Assembly (NCBI GenBank): GCA_934691225.1
Contig: CAKUSQ010000001.1
Span: 536,880-600,879, forward strand
Origin: an uncultured Opitutales bacterium
GTDB taxonomy: Bacteria > Verrucomicrobiota > Verrucomicrobiia > Opitutales > UBA9783
Length of the DNA stretch: 64,000 nucleotides
Reading direction: 5' to 3'
The position numbers were made by a program, and so were the translations under genes. Positions 36,295-46,992 of this stretch are shown piece after piece (positions within the stretch are counted from its first letter, which is position 1; every line of letters begins with the position of its first letter). The notes under the pieces are model-generated. The model was not told the origin of the DNA, did not search any database, and worked only from the letters and a program-made list of their open reading frames with translations.

Positions 36295-37478
36295 GGGGCT
36301 TCGTTAGCTAATTTTTTCAACATGTTCTCAACCGAATTGGCATTATCAACCCATTCAATTTCCATTCTCAGAAAGTAAAATGGAATATCAAAAGTTTTTT
36401 GAGATGAAATACGAACAGCATCTTTTTCGGTGGTTATTACGTAGTCAGTTTGAAACCTTTTTGCATTTTCAAAAAATTCGTGTAAATCCGAGTCTGTATA
36501 GCGATGATGATCCAAAAAATGTTCTTTAAAAACAATTTTAGCACCGGCATCTGTTAGAAATTTTTCAAATGATTTTGGAGAAGCAATGCCACTGAGTGCA
36601 GCGACTTTAAGTCCGCGCAAACTTGATAACGGTATCTGAGTTCCTGTAGAAAGAGATTGTAGATATTTGGGCGTATGAATGCACGATAAGATAGGCGCTT
36701 TTTTGTTGTATCGTCGGATTAATCGTTTTAAAGCTCGCAATCGTTCCGTAGGTATTTGATCGGTTTTTGTTAGAAAGATGAATTGCGCTCGATGCATGTG
36801 GTTCAAAGGTTCTCTTAAAATACCACGAGGGAGCACAGAACCATTGCCGAATGGATTAGTAGCATCAATAAGAAGAATGTAAAATGTACCTTTAAGTTGG
36901 AAGTATTGATACCCATCGTCTAGAACAAGCGTGTCGCAATTTAAGTTTTTGATGGAGAATTGGCCGGCTTTTACGCGATCTTTGTCAACAACAACGCAGA
37001 CATTGGGTAAGTTTTTTGCTAAAAGTAGTGGTTCATCGCCAGCAATTTCGTACGGTAACAAACACTGCTGTCCATTGCTAACGACTTTAGGTAAGCAAGG
37101 TTCAGCATGCAAGAGCCAATGCCACCATTTTTTGAAAAAGCTTTCTTTTTTGCTTTTATAACCTCGACTGAGAATAGCGACCTTACGTCCACGTGCTTGT
37201 AAGGCTTTAGCTAATTTTTCAACAATAGGGGTTTTACCGGTACCACCAACGGTTAAGTTTCCAACAACAATAACAATGCAGCCTAAATGTTGCCCACGCA
37301 AAAAACGCTTACGATAAGCTTGTTCCCTTAAGCAAACAGCTCCATAAAAAGGGAACGAAAGTACTTTGAATAAGGATCCTAAACGACGTGCTTTAGTGTC
37401 ATGTCTTCGATTATAAATGACATCTTTTACACAATTTTCGCAAGAACGCAGGATCCGTTTAATGATTCGACAATGCAT
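36291..37478 (-). CDS. lpxK: Tetraacyldisaccharide 4'-kinase
   Basis: [24 protein letters not shown]-loop and LDDGYQY. Confidence 0.88.
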   Translation of the reverse strand: MHCRIIKRILRSCENCVKDVIYNRRHDTKARRLGSLFKVLSFPFYGAVCLREQAYRKRFLRGQHLGCIVIVVGNLTVGGTGKTPIVEKLAKALQARGRKVAILSRGYKSKKESFFKKWWHWLLHAEPCLPKVVSNGQQCLLPYEIAGDEPLLLAKNLPNVCVVVDKDRVKAGQFSIKNLNCDTLVLDDGYQYFQLKGTFYILLIDATNPFGNGSVLPRGILREPLNHMHRAQFIFLTKTDQIPTERLRALKRLIRRYNKKAPILSCIHTPKYLQSLSTGTQIPLSSLRGLKVAALSGIASPKSFEKFLTDAGAKIVFKEHFLDHHRYTDSDLHEFFENAKRFQTDYVITTEKDAVRISSQKTFDIPFYFLRMEIEWVDNANSVENMLKKLANEAP

Positions 37479-37993
37479 TAACGTAAGACGATATCACACC
37501 GACGATCCTTTACAGAATCTGTTTTGCTTAAGTCAGGAGTTGCATATCGACTACCCATGGAGATTGTTTCCAATTGAGATTTTTGCACACCTAAACTTTG
37601 AAGAAAATTTGTAACAGATTCTGCTCTTCTTTGGCCCAATTTATCGTTATAATCTGCGGCACCTCGCCAATCACTATGACCTACAATAAGCGCTTGTTTT
37701 TCTTTTTGAGCATTGAGGACATCAGCTACTTTTTCTTCCAATTGAGCTTTATCGCGTTCAGATAAATCGTTGCTATCGAAAGCAAAGAAAATTTTTGCTA
37801 TAACATCTTTGTCATCGTACAAATCATCGTAGAATTTCTTTGTTTCAACCAATGTGTTTTCTTCTACCATCTCAGATGTAGGTATTTTGTAAACATTTTC
37901 GATGATCGTTTCTTCTATTTGTGGGTTGGGTTTAGGAGCTGTTTTAAAACAACCAGACAAACAAAGACATAAAAGATATAAGCAAAATTTCAT
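37478..37993 (-). CDS. OmpA-domain peptidoglycan-associated lipoprotein (Pal-like)
   Basis: Lipobox LCLSGCF plus an OmpA_C motif, VGHSDWRGAADYNDKLGQRRAESVTNFLQSLGV. Confidence 0.85.
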   Translation of the reverse strand: MKFCLYLLCLCLSGCFKTAPKPNPQIEETIIENVYKIPTSEMVEENTLVETKKFYDDLYDDKDVIAKIFFAFDSNDLSERDKAQLEEKVADVLNAQKEKQALIVGHSDWRGAADYNDKLGQRRAESVTNFLQSLGVQKSQLETISMGSRYATPDLSKTDSVKDRRCDIVLR

Positions 37994-38024
37994 AACATTA
38001 ATGTAAGCGTTTTATGAGGATATT

Positions 38025-39629
38025 TCAAGCGTTTTTAGACTTTTTTAAACATGCTTTAATAAAGCCTGTAAAAAGTGGATGAGGTTGATGTGGTTTTGAT
38101 TTAAATTCTGGATGGAATTGTACACCGATAAACCAAGGATGGCTTGGGATTTCAATCGCTTCTACTAAATGTGATACAGGATGACGTCCAACAAGTAACA
38201 TGCCGTTGTTTTCGAATTCAGAAATGTACGCGTTATTAAATTCATAACGGTGTCGATGACGTTCAGAAATTTGTGTTTGTTGATAAGTTTTGTGAATCAG
38301 ACTGTTAGGTTTTAAGCAACAATCAGCAGCACCTAAACGCATGGTTGCACCTTTGCCGTGCGCTTGTTTTTGTTCTTCCATTAAAGCGACAACTGGGTAG
38401 TTAGTTTGCGGATCCATTTCAGTACTGTTCGCTTGGGTATGACCTAAAACATGGCGTGCAAACTCAATAACGGCTAGTTGCATTCCTAGACAAATTCCAA
38501 AATAAGGGATATTGTTTTCTCTAGCGTAACGTATGGCCAATATTTTACCTTCAATACCTCGTTGGCCAAAACCACCTGGAACCAAGATACCATCGAGGCC
38601 TTTGAGAAGAGATAAATCCCGTGAGGTTTCTAATTGTTCTGCATCAATGGTTTTGACATTCAAATGGCAATCATTGGCGATGCTACCATGAATTAAAGCT
38701 TCGTATATAGATTTGTAGGCATCCTTTAAGTCAGTGTATTTACCGATAACGCCAATTGTAACGTTATGTTTAGGCGTAGCGATACACTTTACAATAGATT
38801 CCCATTCAGTAAGTGGTTTATCGATATAGGGGAGCCCCAAACGTGATAATACAAGCGTATCTAGATGTTCTTTATGGAGACAAAGAGGAAGCTCATAGAT
38901 GGATGTAGTCACATCTTGTTCTTCGATGACAGCTGAAGCAGGAACATTGCAGTATAAGCTTAATTTTTCACGAATAGATTCGTCCATAGGGACTTCAGTT
39001 CGGCAAACTAAAATGTCAGGTTGAATGCCGATTTCTCGTAATTTAGCTACACTTTGTTGTGAAGGTTTACTTTTGAGTTCTGCAGAAGCCTTAAGGTAAG
39101 GCAATAGGGTCACATGTAAGAAAAGGATGTTTTCTCGGCCCAATTCTTGAGATATTTGACGTAAAGCTTCTAAGAAAGGGAGACTTTCGATATCACCGAC
39201 AACACCTCCGATCTCAGTAATAAGAATATCGGTATCAGGTGTGTATGCAGAATAGATGCGATGTTTGATTTCATCGGTGACATGTGGAATAACCTGTACA
39301 GTTTTGCCTAAATAATCACCATTGCGTTCTTTTTTTAGAATAGTTTCGTAAATTTGTCCAGCAGAGACGCTATTTTTACGCGAAAGTTTTGCGTGAGAGA
39401 ATCTTTCATAATGGCCTAGATCCAAATCTGTTTCAGCGCCATCATCTAACACGTAAACTTCACCATGTTGATGAGGATTCATGGTTCCTGGATCTACATT
39501 TAAGTAAGGGTCCATTTTTTGGAAACCTACTTTTAATCCTTGGTTTTCTAGTAAAACACCTAGAGAAGCTGCTGTTAAGCCTTTCCCTAGCGACGATACT
39601 ACGCCTCCTGTTATAAAAATTAATTTCAT
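38025..39629 (-). CDS. pyrG: CTP synthase
   Basis: [17 protein letters not shown], and a glutaminase domain with GICLGMQ and HRHRYE. Confidence 0.96.
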   Translation of the reverse strand: MKLIFITGGVVSSLGKGLTAASLGVLLENQGLKVGFQKMDPYLNVDPGTMNPHQHGEVYVLDDGAETDLDLGHYERFSHAKLSRKNSVSAGQIYETILKKERNGDYLGKTVQVIPHVTDEIKHRIYSAYTPDTDILITEIGGVVGDIESLPFLEALRQISQELGRENILFLHVTLLPYLKASAELKSKPSQQSVAKLREIGIQPDILVCRTEVPMDESIREKLSLYCNVPASAVIEEQDVTTSIYELPLCLHKEHLDTLVLSRLGLPYIDKPLTEWESIVKCIATPKHNVTIGVIGKYTDLKDAYKSIYEALIHGSIANDCHLNVKTIDAEQLETSRDLSLLKGLDGILVPGGFGQRGIEGKILAIRYARENNIPYFGICLGMQLAVIEFARHVLGHTQANSTEMDPQTNYPVVALMEEQKQAHGKGATMRLGAADCCLKPNSLIHKTYQQTQISERHRHRYEFNNAYISEFENNGMLLVGRHPVSHLVEAIEIPSHPWFIGVQFHPEFKSKPHQPHPLFTGFIKACLKKSKNA

Positions 39630-39776
39630 GACGTCTTTGTTATAAGGGGTATAAAAAACATTTATTGTGAAAAGTGCAAGTTTGTAAGTAAGGGTTTTGT
39701 TTTTTGTTAAAAAATGATTGACTTGTGACGATTTTTAATAAAAATAATGCGATTTAATAATAACGTAAGGAGTTGC

Positions 39777-42152
39777 ATGATAGATTTATTTAAATCGAGT
39801 GTAAAAAGTATTCTATTTGGTGCAGGGGTTTTAGGTTGTGCCCATGCTGCATTAACTACAGATGATATTGTAAATTTGCTAAATTTACAAAATCCTGGTA
39901 TTGGTGGGGCGCCAAACGTGCCGCCTCCCCCAAATATAGCTGGAGTTGGAAATGTTCCATTTCCAAAATTAAAGAAAATTATTGAAAGTAATACGTCTAG
40001 AGGAAACGAGAGGGAAGAACTGTTTAATTTGTTAAGGTTGATTGATAAAATGTATAACTTCCCAGGGGCAACATTTTCAATGGGAGGTAAAAATTATCCT
40101 TATACAAATTCTAAAGATGTTGAATATATTAAATCGATAGAAGATAAAAATGAATCTGATCCAACAATACACGAGCTGGCAAAGAGTCGCAAAAATTTAG
40201 AAGATCTAATTAATGGCATTAGTCTTTCAAAGATGCCTCACAGTGTAGATGTTGGTACGGTAATGAATTTTTTTGATGATCAAGGAAAGGGACCTTTGGC
40301 ATTTTTGTATAAACTTAATGATCCTCTTATGCCTGAAGAGATTGGAAGAGGCATTAACAGAATTATTGATAAAATAAAACAAGGTGAAGATAAATATAGA
40401 GAAGCTGTTTTGAAATATAATCAAGATATAAAAGAAAGAAATGATTTAAAAAATTTACGACCATATAATCTTAACGTAAGTGAGCATACATTGTTAAATA
40501 AGGTTAAGGAACTTGAAAATATAGTTGCGGTTACTGACAGGAAAAATATTGAAGGAGTATTGGCCAAGTTTTTTGGCAAGCTTAGCATGTTAAACAAAGA
40601 GCAATCGGTTGCATATGAGGAAACGAACAAAAGAGTGACTGAGTTACAGGAACAAAAGAGAAAGATCGATGCTCAAATTAAAAGTTTTTATACGGTTACG
40701 AATCCTATGGAAGGTATGTCAAATAGCCAGAAGCTTATATATGAATTACAACATCAAGCAGAAATAAAAGAATATCAAGCAAGAAAGAAGCAAGAACAAG
40801 AAGCATTAGAAAATAGGACTGATTTTAAGGACTTAACTAGTAAGTTACAATTTTTAACAGAAGATATCGCTGAATGCAATAGAACTCTAGATGTTTTTAA
40901 AAAACAGATAGTTGGTAAAAGTGAGGTATATAAAGAAATAAGAACGTTGGGTGAGAAGTATCCTTTGAACTACAGTAAAGCGGTGGCGACTATTTTAAAT
41001 CAGCCAGTGCAAGATATTAAAATAGAAGAACCAACAATTTCTGAGGATGCTCCTTCAAGTTCTGCTACTAAGCCTGAAGCCAAGCCAGAGGCTAAAAAAG
41101 CACCTGCTAAGCCTAAATCACACCCTTTGGGGAAAAGTGTAGCAACAACTAAGACAGAAAAAGCTGATGTTGAAGTAGATGTAAAGGCGATGTTGAACAA
41201 AACTGAGCCAAAAAAGAAAGAACTAACTGAGGAAGAAAGATTAAAACAAGAAAATGTTGATTTACGAAGACAATTAGCAGATAAAATGAGGGAAAATTCA
41301 GGAAAAATTTCCTCAATAAGAGAAGAATTAGCGAGGGATTACCAAAAAGCTAATATGGGTTATATGATTGAGCTTGAAAAAAGTCAAAAAACTCTAAATG
41401 AGATAAAAAATCAACTTCAACTGAAAGATGAGACAATCGAAAGATTGAAAAGACAATTAGGTGAATTGCAAAACCGTAATGCGGGTGCATTGAAAAATAA
41501 TGAAAATAATAATAACAATGCAGCGTTAGAAAATCTTGAAAAACTTAACAATGCATTAAAAGATCGTAACAGTGCATTAGAACGTGATTTAGCTGCTGAG
41601 CGTGCTAAAAATGCTAACAGTGAACAAAATACGAAAGAAGTCGTAAAAGAACGTATTGTTCGTAGAGGCGGTACAACAACGGTGATTGAAGATACGGAAA
41701 GAATAGATGCCTTGACTAAAGATATTGAAGCTCGAAATGCTCAATTGAGTCAGCAACAAAGTGCATTGGATTCAAAAGATGCTCAAATCCGTCAATTGCA
41801 GCAACGTAATCAACAATTACAGAACCAATTAAACGCTCAGGAAGATAATAAGCAAAGCCCAGCTTCAAACGAACCGAGTGTTAATGAGGATAATCTGAAA
41901 TTGCAACGTCAGCAATTGGAAGAAATGGCCGCAGAGCTTGAAAATAAGCAAAATGAGCTTAAGGATCGCGAAGCCGAAGTTTCTAAACGTGAACAAACGG
42001 TAAATCAGATGCAGCAAACAACAAACAATGTTTTGCAGATGTTGAATAGACAAAACAATGAAGCATCTCAGAATGTAAATGCTGGTCAAAATGAAGCAAC
42101 AAAGAAAGGTGATGTTGAAATGATGCCACAACAAGTTAAGTTGGGTGCATAA
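39777..42152 (+). CDS. Secreted 791-aa coiled-coil protein with Pro-rich N-terminal segment, PEAK/AKP low-complexity linker and Gln/Asn-rich C-terminus; function unknown
   Basis: The ATG at 39777 is preceded by taAGGAGttgc. The signal peptide is SILFGAGVLGCAHA. Long heptad-like stretches include ERLKQENVDLRRQLADK and IRQLQQRNQQLQNQLNAQ. A strong terminator follows. Confidence 0.75.
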   Translation: MIDLFKSSVKSILFGAGVLGCAHAALTTDDIVNLLNLQNPGIGGAPNVPPPPNIAGVGNVPFPKLKKIIESNTSRGNEREELFNLLRLIDKMYNFPGATFSMGGKNYPYTNSKDVEYIKSIEDKNESDPTIHELAKSRKNLEDLINGISLSKMPHSVDVGTVMNFFDDQGKGPLAFLYKLNDPLMPEEIGRGINRIIDKIKQGEDKYREAVLKYNQDIKERNDLKNLRPYNLNVSEHTLLNKVKELENIVAVTDRKNIEGVLAKFFGKLSMLNKEQSVAYEETNKRVTELQEQKRKIDAQIKSFYTVTNPMEGMSNSQKLIYELQHQAEIKEYQARKKQEQEALENRTDFKDLTSKLQFLTEDIAECNRTLDVFKKQIVGKSEVYKEIRTLGEKYPLNYSKAVATILNQPVQDIKIEEPTISEDAPSSSATKPEAKPEAKKAPAKPKSHPLGKSVATTKTEKADVEVDVKAMLNKTEPKKKELTEEERLKQENVDLRRQLADKMRENSGKISSIREELARDYQKANMGYMIELEKSQKTLNEIKNQLQLKDETIERLKRQLGELQNRNAGALKNNENNNNNAALENLEKLNNALKDRNSALERDLAAERAKNANSEQNTKEVVKERIVRRGGTTTVIEDTERIDALTKDIEARNAQLSQQQSALDSKDAQIRQLQQRNQQLQNQLNAQEDNKQSPASNEPSVNEDNLKLQRQQLEEMAAELENKQNELKDREAEVSKREQTVNQMQQTTNNVLQMLNRQNNEASQNVNAGQNEATKKGDVEMMPQQVKLGA

Positions 42153-42183
42153 TAAAAAATAATTATCATCTTTAAATAAAAAT

Positions 42184-42214
42184 AGAGAGATCAATGCGAT
42201 CTCTCTGTTTGTTT
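42184..42214 (+). terminator. Rho-independent terminator of the coiled-coil protein gene
   Basis: AGAGAGATC-aatgc-GATCTCTCT is a perfect 9-bp stem followed by gtttgttta. Confidence 0.7.
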
Positions 42215-42293
42215 ATAAACTATTATAAAATTGCATAAAAAGGTTGAATTGTACGAACGATCTGCATACCATAGGAACAATTTTAAAACAGTT

Positions 42294-43265
42294 ATGGTAA
42301 GCTCTATTAAACATACGCTTGATTTTGAAAAACCATTGGTTGCGCTCCAAGAACAGTTGTTGCAGTTAAAAAAATTGTCAGAAGACAATGGAGTTCCTAT
42401 GGAGAATGAAATTGCTTCAATAGAGCTTAGAATTAAAGAAACTAAAGAAAAAATTTATGCAAATCTAACCTCTTGGCAAAAAATAAAAATTGCACGTCAT
42501 CCACAACGTCCATATGCGTTGGATTATATTTCTTACATTTTTAAGGATTTTCAAGAGTTGCATGGAGATCGACGCTTTGGGGATGATCAGGCTCTTATAG
42601 GTGGTATTGCTTACTTGGATTGTCAGCCAGTTATGATTCTAGCTCAGCAAAAAGGGCGCGATTTAAAGGAAAATATTCGAAGAAATTTTGGTTCTCCAAA
42701 CCCAGAAGGTTACCGTAAAGCTCTACGTTTAATGCAAATGGCAGAAAAGTTTTCTTTGCCTGTGATTTCGTTTATTGATACGCCTGGGGCTTATCCAGGA
42801 ATTGGAGCTGAAGAACGTCACATTGCTGAAGCTATTGCAGTTAATTTGCGAGAAATGAGCGTTTTGAAAGTGCCTGTTATCGCTGTAGTTATTGGTGAAG
42901 GGGGTTCAGGTGGAGCATTAGGAATTGGTGTTGCAGATAGAGTGTATGTTCTGGAAAATGCATATTATTCTGTTATTTCTCCAGAAGGTTGTGCCGCTAT
43001 TTTATGGAAAGATCGTACGAAAGTTGCTGAGGCAGCTAATGCACTTAAGTTGTCAGCGAGCGATCTTAAGGTTTTGAAGGTTATTGACGGAATTATTGAT
43101 GAACCTTTAGGTGGAGCACATATGGATCCTTCTGTTTGTGCGCAGTCAATTCGTGAAATGTTGAAAAAAGAATTAGATGTTTTATTAGCATTAAATGTAG
43201 ATGAGCTTTTAAAACAGAGGTATAATAAGTACAGAACGATAGGGATTTTTGAAGAAAATGACTAA
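42294..43265 (+). CDS. accA: Acetyl-CoA carboxylase carboxyltransferase alpha subunit
   Basis: MVSSIKHTLDFEKPLVALQEQL aligns with the E. coli AccA N-terminus (LDFEQPIAELEAKI). Also FIDTPGAYPG and GEGGSGGAL. The ORF-track TTG start at 42231 is rejected. Confidence 0.92.
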   Translation: MVSSIKHTLDFEKPLVALQEQLLQLKKLSEDNGVPMENEIASIELRIKETKEKIYANLTSWQKIKIARHPQRPYALDYISYIFKDFQELHGDRRFGDDQALIGGIAYLDCQPVMILAQQKGRDLKENIRRNFGSPNPEGYRKALRLMQMAEKFSLPVISFIDTPGAYPGIGAEERHIAEAIAVNLREMSVLKVPVIAVVIGEGGSGGALGIGVADRVYVLENAYYSVISPEGCAAILWKDRTKVAEAANALKLSASDLKVLKVIDGIIDEPLGGAHMDPSVCAQSIREMLKKELDVLLALNVDELLKQRYNKYRTIGIFEEND

Positions 43266-44580
43266 TGTTGTGTTTGGTACGGATGGAATACGTGGAGTTG
43301 TAGGTGTGTTCCCTATAACAAATGATGTTTTTAATAGGTTAGGTCAGACTTGTTGCCAATGGTTAATGCAGCAACAAATGCCATTGACCGTAGCTATTGG
43401 CTGCGATACGCGTGCTTCAGGTCCACAGTTAGCTCAATCTTTCGCAGAAGGTTTTTGTAGTTACCATCCGCAGGCACAGGTTATTTGGTTGGGCGTTGTA
43501 CCTACGCCGGCTATTTCTTTTTATGTGCAAAATGAATCGATTTCCTTAGGAGTTTCGATAACCGCTTCGCATAACCCGTTTATAGATAATGGATTAAAAT
43601 TATTTAAGTCAACGGGTAGTAAGTTGAAACGAGAAGAAGAAATTCAATTGGAACAATGGGTTCAGGATAAACAACCGAAATCAAGCGAAATACGTTGTCA
43701 AAAGATTTCAGGACAAGATTATTTTTTGCGCGCATTGAGGCAAAATTATCCTTTGCCTATACTTAAAGGAAAGCTAATTGTGTTGGATACAGCTAATGGT
43801 GCAACGACCTATACGACTTTGCCTTTATTAAAATCATTGGGCGCAGATGTTATTGCGATTGGAGATCAGCCGAATGGTGAAAATATCAATTGTATGTGCG
43901 GTAGTGAGTATGCCAAATTGTTGACAACAGTGGTTGAAAATGAACAGGCTTGGTTAGGGTTTGCACACGATGGCGATGGGGATCGATTGGTGGTTATCGA
44001 TGAAGAAGGAAAACTTTTAGATGGCGATGAAGTTTTGGGTATATTAGCTTTGGATTTGCATGAAAAGAACCTTTTAAAACCTTCTTTGCTTGTTGTAACA
44101 GAACAGAGCAATTCGGGATTAGCAAAAACGTTAAAGCCTTTAGGAATTGATGTTGTTGTGTGTGGTATTGGAGATAGGGAAGTTTTTTATAAATTGGAAG
44201 AAACTCAAGGAATACTTGGTGGTGAAAGCTCAGGGCATATTGTGCTAAAACAAGAGGCTCCTACGGGCGATGGATTGCGTGTGTTATTAAAATTGTTGCA
44301 ATTGGCCGAAGAAAAGCCGTTATGCGAACGAAGAAAAGCTATCACTTTATTACCAAAATTAGAATCTTTTTTAAAAGTAAATGAAAAAAAGCCGTTAGAA
44401 CAATTGGTGGGTTTAAATAAAGTTGTAAAAGATTTGTCGAATGAAGATATTCGTGTGTGTGTACGTTATTCTGGGACAGAAAATAAACTTCGTTTCTTGG
44501 TGGAAGCTGCAAGTTTAGATTTATGTAAAACGTATATGGAAATGTTAAAAACGGCGGCTGTAAAGGATTTGCAATTCTAA
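43249..44580 (+). CDS. glmM: Phosphoglucosamine mutase
   Basis: FGTDGIRG, the active-site ITASHNPFIDNGLK, and DGDGDRL. Confidence 0.92.
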   Translation: MKKMTNVVFGTDGIRGVVGVFPITNDVFNRLGQTCCQWLMQQQMPLTVAIGCDTRASGPQLAQSFAEGFCSYHPQAQVIWLGVVPTPAISFYVQNESISLGVSITASHNPFIDNGLKLFKSTGSKLKREEEIQLEQWVQDKQPKSSEIRCQKISGQDYFLRALRQNYPLPILKGKLIVLDTANGATTYTTLPLLKSLGADVIAIGDQPNGENINCMCGSEYAKLLTTVVENEQAWLGFAHDGDGDRLVVIDEEGKLLDGDEVLGILALDLHEKNLLKPSLLVVTEQSNSGLAKTLKPLGIDVVVCGIGDREVFYKLEETQGILGGESSGHIVLKQEAPTGDGLRVLLKLLQLAEEKPLCERRKAITLLPKLESFLKVNEKKPLEQLVGLNKVVKDLSNEDIRVCVRYSGTENKLRFLVEAASLDLCKTYMEMLKTAAVKDLQF

Positions 44581-44584
44581 AATT

Positions 44585-46975
44585 GTGGCACTTAGTAAAA
44601 TTTACACTTTGCAATCGCTTCAACACTGGTTTGAGGCTTATCGAAGGTGCTGGTGGAATTTGTTTTCAACAGCGGAAGTAGATCGAGGAATTGAATTATT
44701 AGACCAAGGTGGTGTAAAGGTATTTGAGGTTCATGCAAATTATATATTGATTTGTGGAACCTACGAGAATTCTGCTTGTTTTTCGACGATTGATTTAAAA
44801 AATGATGGGCAAATCGAAATTCAATCATCGCATTCGAATGAGAGTTTTATAAAAGATTTGTCGGCAGCTGCTTTGTTGATTTTAGAAAAGTTATTTGAAG
44901 ATCATTTGCAGGTTTTATCATTGGGAGAAAAGGTTGTTGGGGAAGTTTCACAAGCAATTCCGGTTGAAACAGAAAAACGAATGTCCAATGAACCTACCGT
45001 TAAGTTGGTATTTGAGAAGAGAGGTCAAGCTATTTTTTTTGAAGTATTTTTTAAGAGACAAGGTGTTTTTGAAAAGCTGAATTCATTAAATCAGGTGGTA
45101 AAACCAAGTGAGCGCGAGTGTTTGTTATCGATTATACTTTTATCACAAAAATATGGATTTAAATGGAATAAAGATGGATGGCTTTCATCTAATTTGGACA
45201 AGTTGCCTTCTTTTGTAAGCGATGTTTTGCCAAAATTTTCACAAAAATATTTTGTAGAATGTCCTCATTGCATCAAAAATTTGCAAAAATCTAATCCATC
45301 TGTTCAGTTAATGTTATCAGCTAATGAAAAAGGTGGATTGAACCAAAGATTTTTTTTGAACCAGACACTTTTGGATCCAGAAATTATCCAACAATCAATG
45401 CGAGCTAAACATCATGTTTATTGGTCAGAGCATCATGGTTTGATAAGAATGCAGGAAAATGCGCTTGTTTGGTTGCAACGTATAAACGATTGGAAAAATC
45501 GTTTTAGTGAGAATGGTTTACCTGCTTACTTGTTGTTGTCTATTTTTAATCCAAATACAAGCGGTGAAGCAGCTAAAGCGTGGATTAAAACGTTGCAAGC
45601 AACCCAAAATAATGCTTGTTTACCTAAGATATCACTCCGATCTTATCAAAAACAGGGAATTATTTGGTTAAAGCAAATGATCGACAATCATTGTCACCCC
45701 TTATTAGCTGATGAAATGGGATTAGGTAAGACGCGGCAGTTAATGTCATTGCTTGAACTTATGACACCATTGGAACCTTTACCTTCCTTGGTTGTTTGTC
45801 CATCTAGCGTTATAAGCGCTTGGCAAAATGAACATGAGGCTTGTTTTAAAACATTGCCTATAGAAGTGTTGACACATGAAACCTTAAAGAGGTATGTAGG
45901 CGGATGTAAGATTTTTATTGCAAGTTATTCACAATTACTTGCACATTGGTCAACCCTGAAGCTTTTAACGTTTAATTGTGTTATTTTAGACGAAGCACAA
46001 TTTATAAAAAATCCAAAATCTAAGACGGCTCATGCTTGTTTTAATCTAAAGGCAAAACATCGTATAGCAGCTACGGGAACGCCTTTGGAAAATAATTTAA
46101 CCGACGTTTGGTCTATTTTTCATTTTTTAATGCCAGGATTATTGGGAACTTTTAAGGAATTTCAAAAATTTCTGCAAAATGAAGTTAATTGCCAGTGTTT
46201 GAAGATACAGATAGCTCCTTTTATACTTCGAAGGACACAAAAAGAAGTTTTGAAAGAATTACCTGAAAAGCAAGAAAATGTTGTTTACTGTCCTATGACG
46301 CAAACACAACGTAAACTTTATACAGAAACGCTTCAGATGCGTTCATCTATTCAAAAAGGTCAATGGATGCAGTTGTTTACGTTAATATTGCGATTACGTC
46401 AGATTTGTTGCGATCCAGGAATGTTACCAGGGCAATCGGATATGGGGATTCAAATGAGTGGTAAACTTATTTGGTTGCTAGAGACATTATCCAATAAAAC
46501 GCAGACATTTAAAAAAGTAATCATATTTAGCCAATTTGCAACTTTACTTGAACGTTTACAGCCAGCTTTAGAGCATTTATTTTCAAAGACGTATCTTTTA
46601 ACAGGGCAAACGCTTGCATGCCATCGTCGAAAAATGATTCAGGAGTTTCAGACGAAGGATCAACGTGCTGCTTTTTTAATTAGTTTGAAAGCGGGAGGTA
46701 CAGGGATTACATTGCATGCAGCAGATTCTGTGTTTATTTTGGATCCATGGTGGAATCCTTCGGTTGAGAAACAAGCGGTTGCACGAGCTCACCGTTTAGG
46801 TCAAAAAAAAGCATTAGCGGTCTACCGATTGTTGATTGAAAATTCTATAGAATCGAGCATTCAACGTTTACAGCGCGATAAATCGGTTCTTTTTGAACAA
46901 TTATTGGAAGATGACAATACTTCACGTTCATCTGATCGTTGGCAGCAACTTTATGATATTTTGATGAATGGGTAA
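44585..46975 (+). CDS. SNF2-family helicase/translocase with about 340-aa uncharacterised N-terminal region
   Basis: LRSYQKQGIIWL, ADEMGLGKT (motif I), LDEAQFIKN (motif II), ATGTPLENN, and a C-terminal helicase lobe (LISLKAGGTGITL, RAHRLGQ). GTG start. Confidence 0.88.
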   Translation: MALSKIYTLQSLQHWFEAYRRCWWNLFSTAEVDRGIELLDQGGVKVFEVHANYILICGTYENSACFSTIDLKNDGQIEIQSSHSNESFIKDLSAAALLILEKLFEDHLQVLSLGEKVVGEVSQAIPVETEKRMSNEPTVKLVFEKRGQAIFFEVFFKRQGVFEKLNSLNQVVKPSERECLLSIILLSQKYGFKWNKDGWLSSNLDKLPSFVSDVLPKFSQKYFVECPHCIKNLQKSNPSVQLMLSANEKGGLNQRFFLNQTLLDPEIIQQSMRAKHHVYWSEHHGLIRMQENALVWLQRINDWKNRFSENGLPAYLLLSIFNPNTSGEAAKAWIKTLQATQNNACLPKISLRSYQKQGIIWLKQMIDNHCHPLLADEMGLGKTRQLMSLLELMTPLEPLPSLVVCPSSVISAWQNEHEACFKTLPIEVLTHETLKRYVGGCKIFIASYSQLLAHWSTLKLLTFNCVILDEAQFIKNPKSKTAHACFNLKAKHRIAATGTPLENNLTDVWSIFHFLMPGLLGTFKEFQKFLQNEVNCQCLKIQIAPFILRRTQKEVLKELPEKQENVVYCPMTQTQRKLYTETLQMRSSIQKGQWMQLFTLILRLRQICCDPGMLPGQSDMGIQMSGKLIWLLETLSNKTQTFKKVIIFSQFATLLERLQPALEHLFSKTYLLTGQTLACHRRKMIQEFQTKDQRAAFLISLKAGGTGITLHAADSVFILDPWWNPSVEKQAVARAHRLGQKKALAVYRLLIENSIESSIQRLQRDKSVLFEQLLEDDNTSRSSDRWQQLYDILMNG

Positions 46976-46992
46976 ATGAATTTACTTTTGAT

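Noticed and set aside
39880-39990. Poly-Pro + LKK segment (NVPPPPNIAGVGNVPFPKLKKII) as an FH1/WH2-like actin-nucleator signature
   Set aside because: A WH2 domain needs an amphipathic helix immediately before LKK(T/V). Here the preceding residues are Gly/Pro-rich, and there is a single copy only. The resemblance is too weak to claim.
40227-42388. Several minus-strand ORFs (40227-40630, 41000-41200, 41865-42194, 42191-42388)
   Set aside because: They are antisense to the repetitive coiled-coil gene or span its terminator and the accA leader. They are low-complexity and carry no start signals.
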